64,000 nucleotides of DNA, taken from Bryobacterales bacterium. GTDB taxonomy: Bacteria; Acidobacteriota; Terriglobia; Bryobacterales; UBA6623. The notes under the pieces are model-generated. The model was not told the origin of the DNA and searched no databases. It saw nothing but the letters and a program-made list of their open reading frames with translations. How positions within the stretch are numbered: position 1 is the stretch's first letter; each line of letters begins with the position of its first letter. Shown piece after piece: positions 47,759 to 57,615 of the stretch. Location of the stretch: positions 2,182,898 to 2,246,897 of the forward strand of contig CBDBKU010000002.1 of the NCBI GenBank assembly GCA_965206775.1, written 5' to 3'. The position numbers were made by a program, and so were the translations under genes.

Positions 47759-49608
47759 GTAACTGCCCAGGTACTCTTCAGATACAGGAGCCCCAATCGA
47801 TTGGATGAATAGAGGGGCTCACTTGGAGTGCGGTCCGCTCAGCATGCGTGCATCCGAACCGGGTGGAGTGTGGCGGCTAGGCTCCCACCCTCGCCAGCAG
47901 AGCGGCCGGCCCTTGCAACAAGGCCTCGATGCGGTTCAGGCCCTGCTTGCGCGCCGTCGACAGCACACTACGCAGCGTGGCGAAGTCCTGCGCACCCTGC
48001 TCGGAGCGGAACCCGCCCGAGATCTTCATCCGCAGCTTCATCATCCGCAAATCCTGTTCGGCCTGGTTGTTCGTGAACGGCACCCTCTCGTCCCTGAGAA
48101 ATCGCAACACCGACTCCCGCCTGTCCCTCAGCCGCAACGCCAGATTATGTCCCGGCCGACGCTTCTTGCGGCCCCGCCGTCCCGGCTTGGCCGGCCGCAA
48201 CGGCTCCAACCCCTCGTGATACGCCAACGCCTCCCGCACCAACTTGTCGTAACGCCGCTCGATCCTCTCCAGTAGCGATCGCGGCAGCGCCACCCCCCGC
48301 TCCCGCACGATGTCCACCGCCTGCTTCGCCCGCCGCAGCAACTGCTGCATCCGCCGCGCCCAGTCTTCCCCGTCGATCTTCGCCAACGCCTCCAGTTCCC
48401 GTAAATGGTGAATGTTACACAGCGCGTGCAGCACTCCCGGCACCTTGAAATACGAGGCCCAGTGGTCATGCACCAGGATGCCTCGCAACCCCTCCAGCAC
48501 GCCACCCCGCTGGCGGCTCGTCCGGTAGTGGGTCAGCTGCGCCGTGCTCAGCACGTGCAACCACTGCCCCTGGCCCGCAATCCGGAATCCCGTCTCGTCC
48601 AGATGCTTCACTCCGCTGGCGCTTACCAGCAGCTCCCGGACCCGCTCGGTCCAACTCCGCCAGACCTGCGCTGCCTTGCGGCTCATCCCCGCCAGCGTCG
48701 CCGCGCACAAGGCCACCCCGAACAGGTCCCGGAAGATCTCCGCCAGTCGATCCTCGGGCAGGAAATGGGCGTTCTGCAAGTACACCGCCGTGGCCGCGAT
48801 CCGCGGCCCGTACTGCACCGGCGCGGTCACGCCCTCCGGGAACGCGGCCCGCGTCAGCTGTCCGCACTGCTGGCAACGACAGCCCCAGGCCTGGTGCTCG
48901 GTCACCTCCGGCGGTGTCGGTGCGGGCAGATCATAGACCTGCCGACGCTGGGGCTCGCCCTCCACGTCGGCCGCCGACAGGGCCGCTCCGCACTCGCGGC
49001 AACCGGACGGCAGGTGGACCTGGGTCCGGTCCGGTGTGTCGGTCTGGCTCAGCGTCGCGCCCTTGTGACCGGGCTGCCCACCCGAGCGCTTGCCGGACCG
49101 CCGACGCTGGCTGCGCGTCCGTTTCGCTGCCGCTGGCTTGGCCGGCCCATCGCTCGACGGTGGTTTCCCGCTGTTGCTGCTGTCGAGGCCCAATCGCCGT
49201 TGCAATGCCTGCACTTGCTCTCGCAACGACTGCAACTGCCTCGTCAACTCCTCATGGAGGGCCTGCAACCGGGCGTTTTCGGCCTCCAACTGAGTGTTCT
49301 TGGCCTCCAACTGCGCATTCTTGGCCTCCAATTGCGCATTCTTGGCCTCCAATTGCGCCTGACGCGGCTCGCTGTTCGCTCGCTCCATCTTCATCCCGCT
49401 GACGCCGGTACTGCTCGTCGCGAGCGCATCGGCTTGCTCACAACGGTCCGGATGCCCACAACATTACTATTGCTAACTGGTTTCCCAGCGGAAAGTCAAG
49501 TGCTGCGGAATTCTGGCCATCCCGGTGAGCGGTTCCCGTGGAACCATCCGGCCTCCCCCCTTTTCAGTACGCATCACCCGAGTACGAGTGGGGGTACCTG
49601 GGCAGTTA
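47759..49608 (-). mobile_element. IS66-family insertion sequence, copy 2
   Basis: IRs GTAACTGCCCAGGTAC / GTACCTGGGCAGTTAC. Perfect 8-bp direct repeat CACAAATA at 47751..47758 and 49609..49616. Confidence 0.9.
47877..49394 (-). CDS. IS66-family transposase (near-identical to copy 1 apart from an expanded heptad array)
   Basis: QAQLEAKNAQLEAKNAQLEAKNTQLEAENARLQ..., then colinear with 8180..9676. Confidence 0.9.
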   Translation of the reverse strand: MKMERANSEPRQAQLEAKNAQLEAKNAQLEAKNTQLEAENARLQALHEELTRQLQSLREQVQALQRRLGLDSSNSGKPPSSDGPAKPAAAKRTRSQRRRSGKRSGGQPGHKGATLSQTDTPDRTQVHLPSGCRECGAALSAADVEGEPQRRQVYDLPAPTPPEVTEHQAWGCRCQQCGQLTRAAFPEGVTAPVQYGPRIAATAVYLQNAHFLPEDRLAEIFRDLFGVALCAATLAGMSRKAAQVWRSWTERVRELLVSASGVKHLDETGFRIAGQGQWLHVLSTAQLTHYRTSRQRGGVLEGLRGILVHDHWASYFKVPGVLHALCNIHHLRELEALAKIDGEDWARRMQQLLRRAKQAVDIVRERGVALPRSLLERIERRYDKLVREALAYHEGLEPLRPAKPGRRGRKKRRPGHNLALRLRDRRESVLRFLRDERVPFTNNQAEQDLRMMKLRMKISGGFRSEQGAQDFATLRSVLSTARKQGLNRIEALLQGPAALLARVGA

Positions 49609-50012
49609 CCACAAATACGTGATTCCAATCACGGAAACACCCTGGAACGAATAGACTTTGAGCCCAGGAGGTCCCCGATCTCTCACATCAGGAACTTAGT
49701 TGGGTATCGAGGCTAGCAGACTTGGAAGTCGGTCCTCCGCGTCCGGACCGTTCTGCACGTAGCAGTACAGCTCCTCGCGGAACACCCGGTTCTGGTGGGA
49801 TGGGTGGCTGGCGCTGTCGTGGGACCCCTGGGACTCGGTCACGCTCGTGCAAAGCGACACCCTGTTGGCGGGAATGTAAGACTGCACACTCGTGGGCATC
49901 GGAAATGGCGCACCTGAGGGCCGGCGCGGACCGCGAGTTCTGAGCCGGATTGGGAGCGGGGAAGTGGGAGGATCAGGGCATCCTAGCGACATCACTCAAC
50001 AAGGGGGGCGCA

Positions 50013-50717
50013 ATGTTCGACAGCGACAAGAGGGTGCTGGTGCGGCACTATCTGGAGCAGGGGGTGGCCCAGGCGGAAATCGCACGCGGGCTGAGTGTCG
50101 GGAGGCGCATCGTGTACAACTGGATCGCAGCAGACGGGAAGTTGGGAAAGGGGGCCTGCGAGGGCGAGTACGGGCCGAGACCGTCGCGAGCTTCGAACCT
50201 CGACTGCTTCAAGGGGATCATTGCAGCCCGCTTGGTGGCCTATCCGCAACTGAGCGCGGTACGGCTGTTTGATGAGGTCAAGGCGGCTGGCTACACGGGG
50301 GGATACGACCAAGTCAAGCGGCCTGTGAGGGAGGTGCGGCCGCGGGAAGCGGAGGAGCCGGTGGTGAGGTTGAAAACAGCGCCAGCGCATCAGGCCCAAG
50401 TGGACTTTGCCGTATTCCGGTTGCCGTGGGGCAAGCGCCAGGCGCTGATGGCGGTGCTGGGCTACTCGCGCCGGATGTGGCTGAGGTTCTACCGGCGCCA
50501 GACGAGGATGGTGGTGATCCGCGGGCCCGAGGAGTCGTTCTCGTATTTGGGCGGCGTGCCCGTGGAACTGTTCTTCGAGCAGATGAAGGCGGTGGTGATC
50601 TCGGACCGGCGCGCTTGGGACGGGGGCCTGATTGAGAACCCGGAGTTCCGAGCGTTCAGCGACTACTGGGGCTTCATGTCAATGGGCATCGAAAATGGCA
50701 CACCCATCCGTGCGTGA
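50013..50717 (+). pseudogene. istA: IS21-family IstA transposase, 5' half only
   Basis: MFDSDKRVLVRHYLEQGVAQAEIARGLSVGRRIVYNWI (HTH)...QAQVDFAVFRLPWGKRQALMAVLGYSRRMWLRFY...FSDYWGF, then sense is lost (~50680). Confidence 0.7.
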
Positions 50718-51074
50718 CGCACTTGACGAGGCCCCCAATCTCCGCGATCACCATCTCCCGGTTGATCGCTCCGTTGCCTTGGCGACTTAGCGCGTCCTCC
50801 CACTGTCGAAATCAAGTCCAAGCGTCCTCTTCGTAAGCCTTAAGGGCGTGGTTTGGTCCGTCCGGCTGTCCGGCGAGTGCTTCAACTGACGCTACCCGGC
50901 GCATGCCCGCATGAATTCGCGACCGAGAGAAGCCGATCGCGAAATCGCAGGCTTCCTGGCAGCTCGTTGCCAGGCCGGATCCCCGAGAATTGCGGCCTCT
51001 GGTGATTAGCTCGCCCGCTATTCTGTGGTGTGGACCCAAGGGCACTCCATCTCGCTTGGGAGGTACAGAAGGGG

Positions 51075-52646
51075 TCAAAACACACGGACGAAACCGCCTT
51101 CGACGCGGTAGCGCTGGTAAGAGTAGAGCGATAGGTTCGCTATCCTATCTTCGCGGATGAAAGACACTGATGGCGAGAACCCGCCGAACTGGATCAGGCG
51201 GTTGTGGACCTGAAGCCGAGAGAACCAAAGGCGAGTATTCGGCGGGTCAGGTCCGAACAAGGGCAGAGGCTGTTCGAATTTCGTCAGGAAGAGCTGTTGT
51301 GCCGCGGCCATCGTGAAACCTAGCGGCAAGTCGTAGGTGCCCATGACGCCGACCCACCTCGATCGGTGTCTGGTCGATAAACGGTCGGTCTTCTCACGTC
51401 CGCTTCCGCCCATGAACCTCAGGTTCAGGGACGGCAGGAGCGTGTAGTTGACGAAGGCCTGGCTGTTCCAGCTCAGGCCCGCTTCGCCGATCGGCCCTTC
51501 GGTCGAGAGCGCTGTCTGGCGGGATAGCTCCACGCTGCCGCCTGCCCAAATGCGAGGCATCACCAAGCGGAGAGCCTCGACCTGCAGCCCGTACTGCCGG
51601 CTGTAGGGCCGGCCGTTGACGCCGCGCCGGTCCGCCTTGAACAGCACGCTGAAATGCCCTCGGTTGCTGAGAAAGCGAGGACCGGCGTAGACGCCATAGT
51701 TGTGATCGTCGAACTCTCCCCCCGAGTATTCCCGGCGATAGACGAGTCCTCCGACACGAAGGCGAGTGGCCACGCCTGGAATCCATTTGAGGTGGGGCAG
51801 CGGTTTCTGGATCTCGGCGGTTAGAGTTCCGACGACTCCGATACCGCTCTTTGCGCGCGCTTGGTCGTCCAGTTGGAACGGCAGGCCAAAGATATCGACT
51901 GTTTGCGCCGACGTCGAGGTGTTGACGTTCGTATCGGGGGCGAGGGCTAAGCTCAGACTCCCTGACGCACGTTTCCGAGCGCGGCATATCTGGATGAAGC
52001 GTCGGACGTTCATCATCACCTGGGGGGGGACTTTCGCACCCAGTACACGCAAGAAATGCTGCTCAGCGGCCCAACAGTCGTCACCCAGCATGTGCTTAAT
52101 GAGATTCGTCGGTGGTGCCTGGCAGTGTCCCCGGGAAAACAGGCCGCGGGCCAGCTCGAGCCGTACTCGCAAATTGTCCGATTCTTTGACGAGAATTCCC
52201 CTGAATGAACGAACTGCCAGGTCGAAATGCTCCTTTGCAGAAGGCTCTGCCGGCTTGGATCCCGCGCGCACCGCGGCATCTCCGACGGCGAGTGCTGCCA
52301 GTCCCATAGAGAATGTGGCTTGGGTGGAGTCCGGACGGGCTTCCGCTACGGGTTTGATGACCGATAGAGCTTCCTCACCACGTCCCAGGTTCAGCAGACG
52401 GTCGGCTGCGACCACCGCCGCCATGACCTGATCGTCGGTCGGCGCATTTGAATCGGTGTCGGCAGCCCGGACGGGCGCCGGTAGCGTTAGCACTCCGGTC
52501 AGCACGAGGGTCAGGAGGTGACTCGTCCGCGACAGGAGAACCGACAACGCCTGGGATAGCGTGCCGCCCGACTTCGGCTGACAGTTGGCCACCTCAGCGG
52601 CTCGAAGTGCCGCCGGAGGTATCACTTGTGCGTGTAACATGGGCAA
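51075..52646 (-). CDS. Slam-like (DUF560) outer-membrane surface-lipoprotein translocon
   Basis: Signal-like LLTLVLTGVLTLPAPVRA|ADTD. Helical/TPR-like N-terminal third. C-terminal two-thirds shows alternating beta pattern (LSLALAPDTNVNTSTSAQTVDIFGLPFQLDDQARAKSGIGV...) ending in an aromatic residue (...YRVEGGFVRVF*). Family call from memory of DUF560. Confidence 0.6.
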   Translation of the reverse strand: MPMLHAQVIPPAALRAAEVANCQPKSGGTLSQALSVLLSRTSHLLTLVLTGVLTLPAPVRAADTDSNAPTDDQVMAAVVAADRLLNLGRGEEALSVIKPVAEARPDSTQATFSMGLAALAVGDAAVRAGSKPAEPSAKEHFDLAVRSFRGILVKESDNLRVRLELARGLFSRGHCQAPPTNLIKHMLGDDCWAAEQHFLRVLGAKVPPQVMMNVRRFIQICRARKRASGSLSLALAPDTNVNTSTSAQTVDIFGLPFQLDDQARAKSGIGVVGTLTAEIQKPLPHLKWIPGVATRLRVGGLVYRREYSGGEFDDHNYGVYAGPRFLSNRGHFSVLFKADRRGVNGRPYSRQYGLQVEALRLVMPRIWAGGSVELSRQTALSTEGPIGEAGLSWNSQAFVNYTLLPSLNLRFMGGSGREKTDRLSTRHRSRWVGVMGTYDLPLGFTMAAAQQLFLTKFEQPLPLFGPDPPNTRLWFSRLQVHNRLIQFGGFSPSVSFIREDRIANLSLYSYQRYRVEGGFVRVF

Positions 52647-53773
52647 ATTGGCCCTGGGATTCGAATGGCTAGCCGCCGCTAAGCGGCGTAGCGGCGCTAT
52701 GGCCGCCCGCCTTGGTCCGGTGCCGGATCGTCTCCGACACCCCGATCGAATTGCATGGATTACTCTCCTTCTGAAGCGGTCCGCCGCTCGGGCGGCGGGA
52801 TCCCACCCCGCTTGAGCGCCTAGAACCTAACTTTCTGCTGACACTATCAGTATATCCACCGGCGGTGCCTCTCTCGTGCGGAACAAAACGTTTCGCAGAG
52901 GCTCCGGCGGGGAGCCTGACAGACCTTCCGCGAGCGCGACAGTGCCTAGCAAGAGCCGGTTGTTCCTAGCGCCCGCGACTGGCTTCATTTCATTGGACGT
53001 GGCTCAGGACGAATCGGTGACGAGTCGTGTACAAGATTGTCTGCAAAAGGCCGACGGCGGTGGGAATGGCCATCGTCCGAATGTCCTGATTCCACAGAAC
53101 CAAGGTGCTGGCTGGAGCTGATAGTCGACTCTCCCCTTGCGGACCATTGGGTAGGCGTGGGGATTCCTCCTGCTCGCAATGGCTCGCGACCAGTCTGGCG
53201 CGTCCGTGGTGACGAGCTAGGGCAGCTATGTCCTGTGTCGTGCAACTGTACCCGCCACCATATGAGCCTCAGAAGGGAATTGGACCGATTCATGGCTCTC
53301 TGGGTAGGACTAGCATGGTTCCGGCCTTCTAGATCCTCGCAGTTGCCACAGCCGTTGTCTCCTGGTGTCAGGGCTTCAGAGCGACGATCTAGGTAACCCT
53401 CACCGACACCAGATTCCGTGTTCGTTGTGAAGCGAATTGTCGGGGGAAAGTGGTGACAAACGGCGATTGAGGCGTGTCTTCCCGCAGTGCCGCAGTTGGA
53501 GGCGGGGCAGCGACTCGACAGTGCGGCGATCCGGGCGGTCGTGCGGCTGTTGTAGCCCGGACTATTTCGCTAGGCAAATCTCACTTTGTTTCTGCAGTTG
53601 AAGCGGAGATTTCTCAAGTAGATTCGCTACTGCAGAAAGGAGTTGAGGGTAGTGGCGGAGATTCCAGTTGGGGGAGTGGATCGGGGGGGATTTCTAGTAG
53701 CAGAGAGGGGCGGGGTGTTCGGGCAGGGTCGAGGAGTGGGGAAGGTAGAGTCGATCGGGGTTGGGAGGAGGGG

Positions 53774-53971
53774 CTAGCGTGTTGGGGAGCGGCGGAGCAG
53801 GTCGTTCCAGTCCTTGGCGCCGACGGGACGGAGGCGGCTGAAGTGGGGGGAGTGGAGTCGGATGGCGTTGGCAGCGAGGTCGCCGGCGGGATCGGCGTCG
53901 TAGGCGCAGATGGTCTGGGGAGGGTGGAAGGGCTGCAGCCAGCGGGGGAGAGCGGAAGCGACGCCGGCGGT
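53774..53971 (-). pseudogene. 3' fragment of a Toprim gene (diverged paralogue of 55434..56186), truncated by the IS21 left end
   Basis: ..LPRWLQPFHPPQTICAYDADPAGDLAANAIRLHSPHFSRLRPVGAKDWNDLL aligns with the C-terminus of the 250-aa Toprim protein. Homology stops at 53971/53972. Confidence 0.65.
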
Positions 53972-54074
53972 TGTCCAGCGACAATTAAAAATTCCGGGTA
54001 GCGACAACTAAAAGTTCCGGGTGAGCCTCGTAGTTGGCGGCTAGACTCGACCCTTCCTCGGGAGGGTTGAGGCG

Positions 54075-55244
54075 TTGATCAAAGACCAACAAGTGAGGCT
54101 ACTGATGAAGGAACTCAGAAGGAACAAGCCGCTGGCAACGGCGGCGGCGAAAGCGGGCATGAGCGAGCGCACGGCCCGCAAATGGCGCGATAGCGGGAAG
54201 CTTCCGAGCGATCCCAGGCCAGCACGGCACTGGCGGACGCGGGAGGATCCGTTGGAAGCGCTGTGGCCAGAGGCGGAGGCACTGCTGCGAGCGGACCCGG
54301 GATTGCAGGCGAAGGTGGTGTTTGAGGAGCTGCTGCGGCGCCATCCGGGGCAATTGCAGCCCGGGCAGTTGCGGACGTTGCAGCGACGATTCCGGGCCTG
54401 GCGCGTGCGGCAGGGTCCGGACAGGGAAGTCTATTTCGAGCAGGAGCGGGAGCCGGGGGCGCAGTGCCAGTCGGACTTCACCGACATGGGCGGGCTGGGA
54501 GTGACGATCCGGGGCGAGCCGTACAAGCACCTGGTATACCGTTTCGTGCTGCCGTACTCGAACTGGGAGAGCGTGGCGATCGCGAGTTCGGAAACGTTCG
54601 AGGCGCTGGTCGGAGGACTGCAGGAGAGCCTGTGGGAACTGGGCGGGGTGCCCCGGGAGCACCGGACCGATAATCTGTCGGCGGCGACGCACGAGTTGCG
54701 CCAGTCCGGCGGGCGGGCGTTCAACCAGGCGTACGAGGAGTTTCTGGCGCATTACGGGCTGGAGGCGAGCCGGAACTATCCGGGGAACGCGCACGAGAAC
54801 GGGGACGTGGAAGCGGCGCACGGGCATTTCAAGACCGCGGTGGACCAGCGGCTGCGCCTGAGCGGGACACGGGATTTCGGCTCCGTGGAGCGCTACTCGC
54901 GGTTGCTGGACGAGATCGCCGGGCAGCGCAACAGTCGGCGCGGGGAGCGGCTGGCGGCGGAGCAGGCGGCGTTGCGGCCGCTGCCGCCGCGACGGCTGCC
55001 GGTGTACCGGGAAGAGCGGCGCACGGTGACGCGCGGGAGCGTGGTGCGGGTGGCGAGCAAGGCGTACTCGGTGCCGTCGCGGCTGATCGGGGAGAAGCTG
55101 ACGGCGCGGCTGTACGCGGATCGCGTCGAATTGCGCTATGGCGGGGAACTGGTGGCGCGCCACGACCGGGCGCTGGGCAAGCAGCTGGGCCGGGTGGACT
55201 ACCGGCACGTGGCGCACGCGCTGTTGCGCAAGCCGGGGTGTTGA
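54075..55244 (+). pseudogene. istA: IS21-family IstA transposase, 5' part (388 codons)
   Basis: HTH (AAKAGMSERTARKWR), catalytic region (QCQSDFTDMG...HLVYRFVLPYSNWE...REHRTDNLSAAT...NAHENGDVE), ...VDYRHVAHALLRKPG, then the TGTTGAATCCCG end of the inserted element. Confidence 0.8.
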
Positions 55245-55433
55245 ATCCCGCAGTATTCCGGCGGCAGATTTTCAGATTGTTCCGGCGGCAGGAGGGGGAG
55301 TTTTTCCGGATTGTTTGTGATGTGTGACAGGTAGGAAGGGTCCTGTCGACAGGGGGTTTGACGGCAGAGTCGGGGCGTTTGCGGGGAGGCCGGAACGGTG
55401 GCGATGGTGCGTTTGGTCCGGGCTGGATGGGTG

Positions 55434-56186
55434 CTAGCAGGGAGCGAGCAGTTGCAACAGGTCGTTCCAATCCTTGGCGCCGTGGGGGCGCAGGCGGTGC
55501 AGGCGGGGATGCTGGCGGCGCAGGGCGCGGGCGGCCTGGTCGCCAGCGGGATCGGCGTCGTAGCCGCACAGCAGGGGGAGGTGCTGGAAGGCGTGGAGCC
55601 AGCGGGGCAGGCGGCGGGCGGTGCCGGCGGTGGAAGCGACGAGGCAGTCGGGGGGCAGGTCGGGGGCGGGCAGCAAGACGGCGGAGAGGGCATCGACGGC
55701 ACTCTCGGTGAGCAGGACGGCGGCGGGCGGGGCGGACCCGGTGGTCAGCCAGAAGCCGCCACGGTCGCGGCGGGAGCCGGGGGCGAGCCCCTTGAAGGTG
55801 GAGGAGTCGGGGAGCGGGCGGGTGCCGACGAGTTCGGCGCCGACGGTCGCGGAGGAGCGGTCGCGGCAGGTGAAGACGGCATTGCGGCGGCGGTCGGCGT
55901 AGAGCGTGCCGGCGTGGAGGTGTTGTTCCAGCAGGGCGGGGTCGAGGCCGCGGAGCCGTACCAGGAAGTCGCGCACGGGCGGCCAGTGGGCCGCGACGGG
56001 AGCGGGCAGGCACAGCGCGGCAGGGGACGGATGCGGGGCGGCCGGGGGTAGCGGCGGGCCGTCAGCGAGGAAGGCGACCGCCTCGCGGAAGCCGCAGCGA
56101 CGGGCGTGCATGACCAGATCGATCGCGCCGCCGCCGCCGTGGCCGCCGGCGTGATCGAAGAACTGGGTGCCGCGGATGCTGAGCAC
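55434..56186 (-). CDS. DUF3991/Toprim-domain protein (left arm, intact)
   Basis: GGGGAIDLVMHARRCGFREAVAFL; Toprim Glu (VLLTESAVDALSAV) and DxD (LLCGYDADPAGDQAA). GTG start assumed. Confidence 0.7.
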   Translation of the reverse strand: MLSIRGTQFFDHAGGHGGGGAIDLVMHARRCGFREAVAFLADGPPLPPAAPHPSPAALCLPAPVAAHWPPVRDFLVRLRGLDPALLEQHLHAGTLYADRRRNAVFTCRDRSSATVGAELVGTRPLPDSSTFKGLAPGSRRDRGGFWLTTGSAPPAAVLLTESAVDALSAVLLPAPDLPPDCLVASTAGTARRLPRWLHAFQHLPLLCGYDADPAGDQAARALRRQHPRLHRLRPHGAKDWNDLLQLLAPC

Positions 56187-56264
56187 CGAGCCGTCCCGCC
56201 GCCAGCGTTGGCGATGGCGCGGATCGCGCTGGTAGCCGAGCCGCTCGGCGAGCGGCTCGAGGGG

Positions 56265-57062
56265 TCACGGACGCAGTTCCTCGCAGGCGCGGCGGACGTG
56301 CTCGGCGCTGACCGTGCGGGCCTGCTCGAGGGCAGCCGCCGCCAGCGCGTAATGGGCCAGCGCGCTGACCTGGCGGGGCAGGCCGTGGGAGGCCTGGAAC
56401 AGCGCCTGGCAGGCGGCGGGCTCGAACAGGTCCAGCTCGCAGCCGGCCCGGGCGAGAGCGTGCCGCAGGTAGGGCTCGAGTTCCTCGCGGCGCAGGCCGT
56501 TGAGGTGGTAGCGCATCACGATGCGCTGGGTCAGGGCCTCGTGATGGGCCAGTCCCAGCCGCCGCCGCAACTCGCTCTGGCCGATCAGCAGCAGGCACAG
56601 CAGGCGCCGCGAGTCGAGGCCGAAGTTGACCAGCAAGCGGAGTTCGTCGAGCACGTCGTGGCGCAGGTACTGGGCCTCGTCGATGATCAGCAGGGGGAGC
56701 TTCCCGGCCTCGCTGAGGCGCTCGACTTCGTGCCGGATCAGTTGGCAGGCCGGAGCGCGGTAGCGCGGCGTTTCCAGCCCCAGGGCCCAGCCGATCGCCT
56801 GATAGGTGTCGATCACCGTGCCGGTCGTGAGTCGCACATAGCCCACGCTGTAGAGGCTGTCATGGAGGTTGTCGGCGAAGCGGCGGCAGGCGCTGGTCTT
56901 GCCGCAGCCGGGCTCGCCGGTGAGCAGGCCGATCCCGCGCAAGTCGAGCAAGTGCCGCAGGCGGGAGTCGGTTTCGGTCGCGTCCTCGGAGGCGAACAGC
57001 TCGGAGCTGCGGGCGGGGGATTCGAAGGGCAGGCAGGCGAGGCCGAAATGCTGGCGGTACAT
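56265..57062 (-). CDS. ExeA/TniB-like AAA+ ATPase (left arm, intact)
   Basis: MYRQHFGLACLPFESPARSSELF...GIGLLTGEPGCGKTSACR (Walker A)...LPLLIIDEAQYL (Walker B). Its ATG overlaps the upstream stop (TGATG). Confidence 0.8.
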   Translation of the reverse strand: MYRQHFGLACLPFESPARSSELFASEDATETDSRLRHLLDLRGIGLLTGEPGCGKTSACRRFADNLHDSLYSVGYVRLTTGTVIDTYQAIGWALGLETPRYRAPACQLIRHEVERLSEAGKLPLLIIDEAQYLRHDVLDELRLLVNFGLDSRRLLCLLLIGQSELRRRLGLAHHEALTQRIVMRYHLNGLRREELEPYLRHALARAGCELDLFEPAACQALFQASHGLPRQVSALAHYALAAAALEQARTVSAEHVRRACEELRP

Positions 57063-57511
57063 CAGGGTTGCTCCCGGGAGTCGGATGGCTGGGAGGCCAG
57101 CTGGCGCAACCGGAGCTGCTGCCTGGCCGGGGAGCGGGGCTGGGCGGAGGTCTCGGGCCGGGCGGGAGTCTTCGGCTGGTCCGCAGCGGGCGGCCGACTG
57201 CGTCGCGCGCGGGCGTTGGCCTCCAAATCGACCCGGGTCGCCTGGCTGGTTTCGCCGTCCTCGTGCAGGACCGTCAGGGCCCGCTCGGGGGGCGCGTCGG
57301 GCTCGACCACCAAGGTGACCTTCCGGCCGTCCAGGCCGGCCACGGTCTCGTACTGGAGGCCCCGCAGGTTGACCGTGCGGGCGCGGCTGACGCGGCGCAC
57401 GAAGCGGTAGCTGAAGATCCACCCCAGGTCGATGTCGGGTCCGGCATAGCGCACGTTGTCACTGACCCGTGCCAGGCGGTCCAGAGGCGTTTCGCCGTCG
57501 AGGCCGCAGTG
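57062..57511 (-). pseudogene. 3' end (~150 codons) of a Mu/Tn552-type DDE transposase (left arm)
   Basis: HCGLDGETPLDRLARVSDNVRYAGPDIDLGWIFSYRFVRRVSRARTVNLRGLQYETVAGLDGRKVTLVVEPDAP.. resembles the Mu-transposase C-terminal domain. No catalytic part is present. Confidence 0.6.
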
Positions 57512-57615
57512 GGGCGCATGGTGACATGTTGCGGTGCGGGGAATGTTGCGATGCGCCGGAATGCGCTTGTCTCTCAGCGGTGAACCCGGACTCTCCGCAA
57601 CATTCCTTTCTGCGC

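Noticed and set aside
50812-51078. 88-aa ORF overlapping the Slam stop codon, with a faint XRE-HTH-like stretch (..FAIGFSRSRIHAGMRRVASVEAL..)
   Set aside because: It has a non-ATG start and weak similarity, with no supporting SD. It could be a remnant but I cannot support it.
54099-56013. ORFs 54099..55217(-) and 54829..56013(-), 372 and 394 aa
   Set aside because: They are antisense or off-frame to IstA and to the Toprim gene. They are Pro/Arg-rich without motifs.
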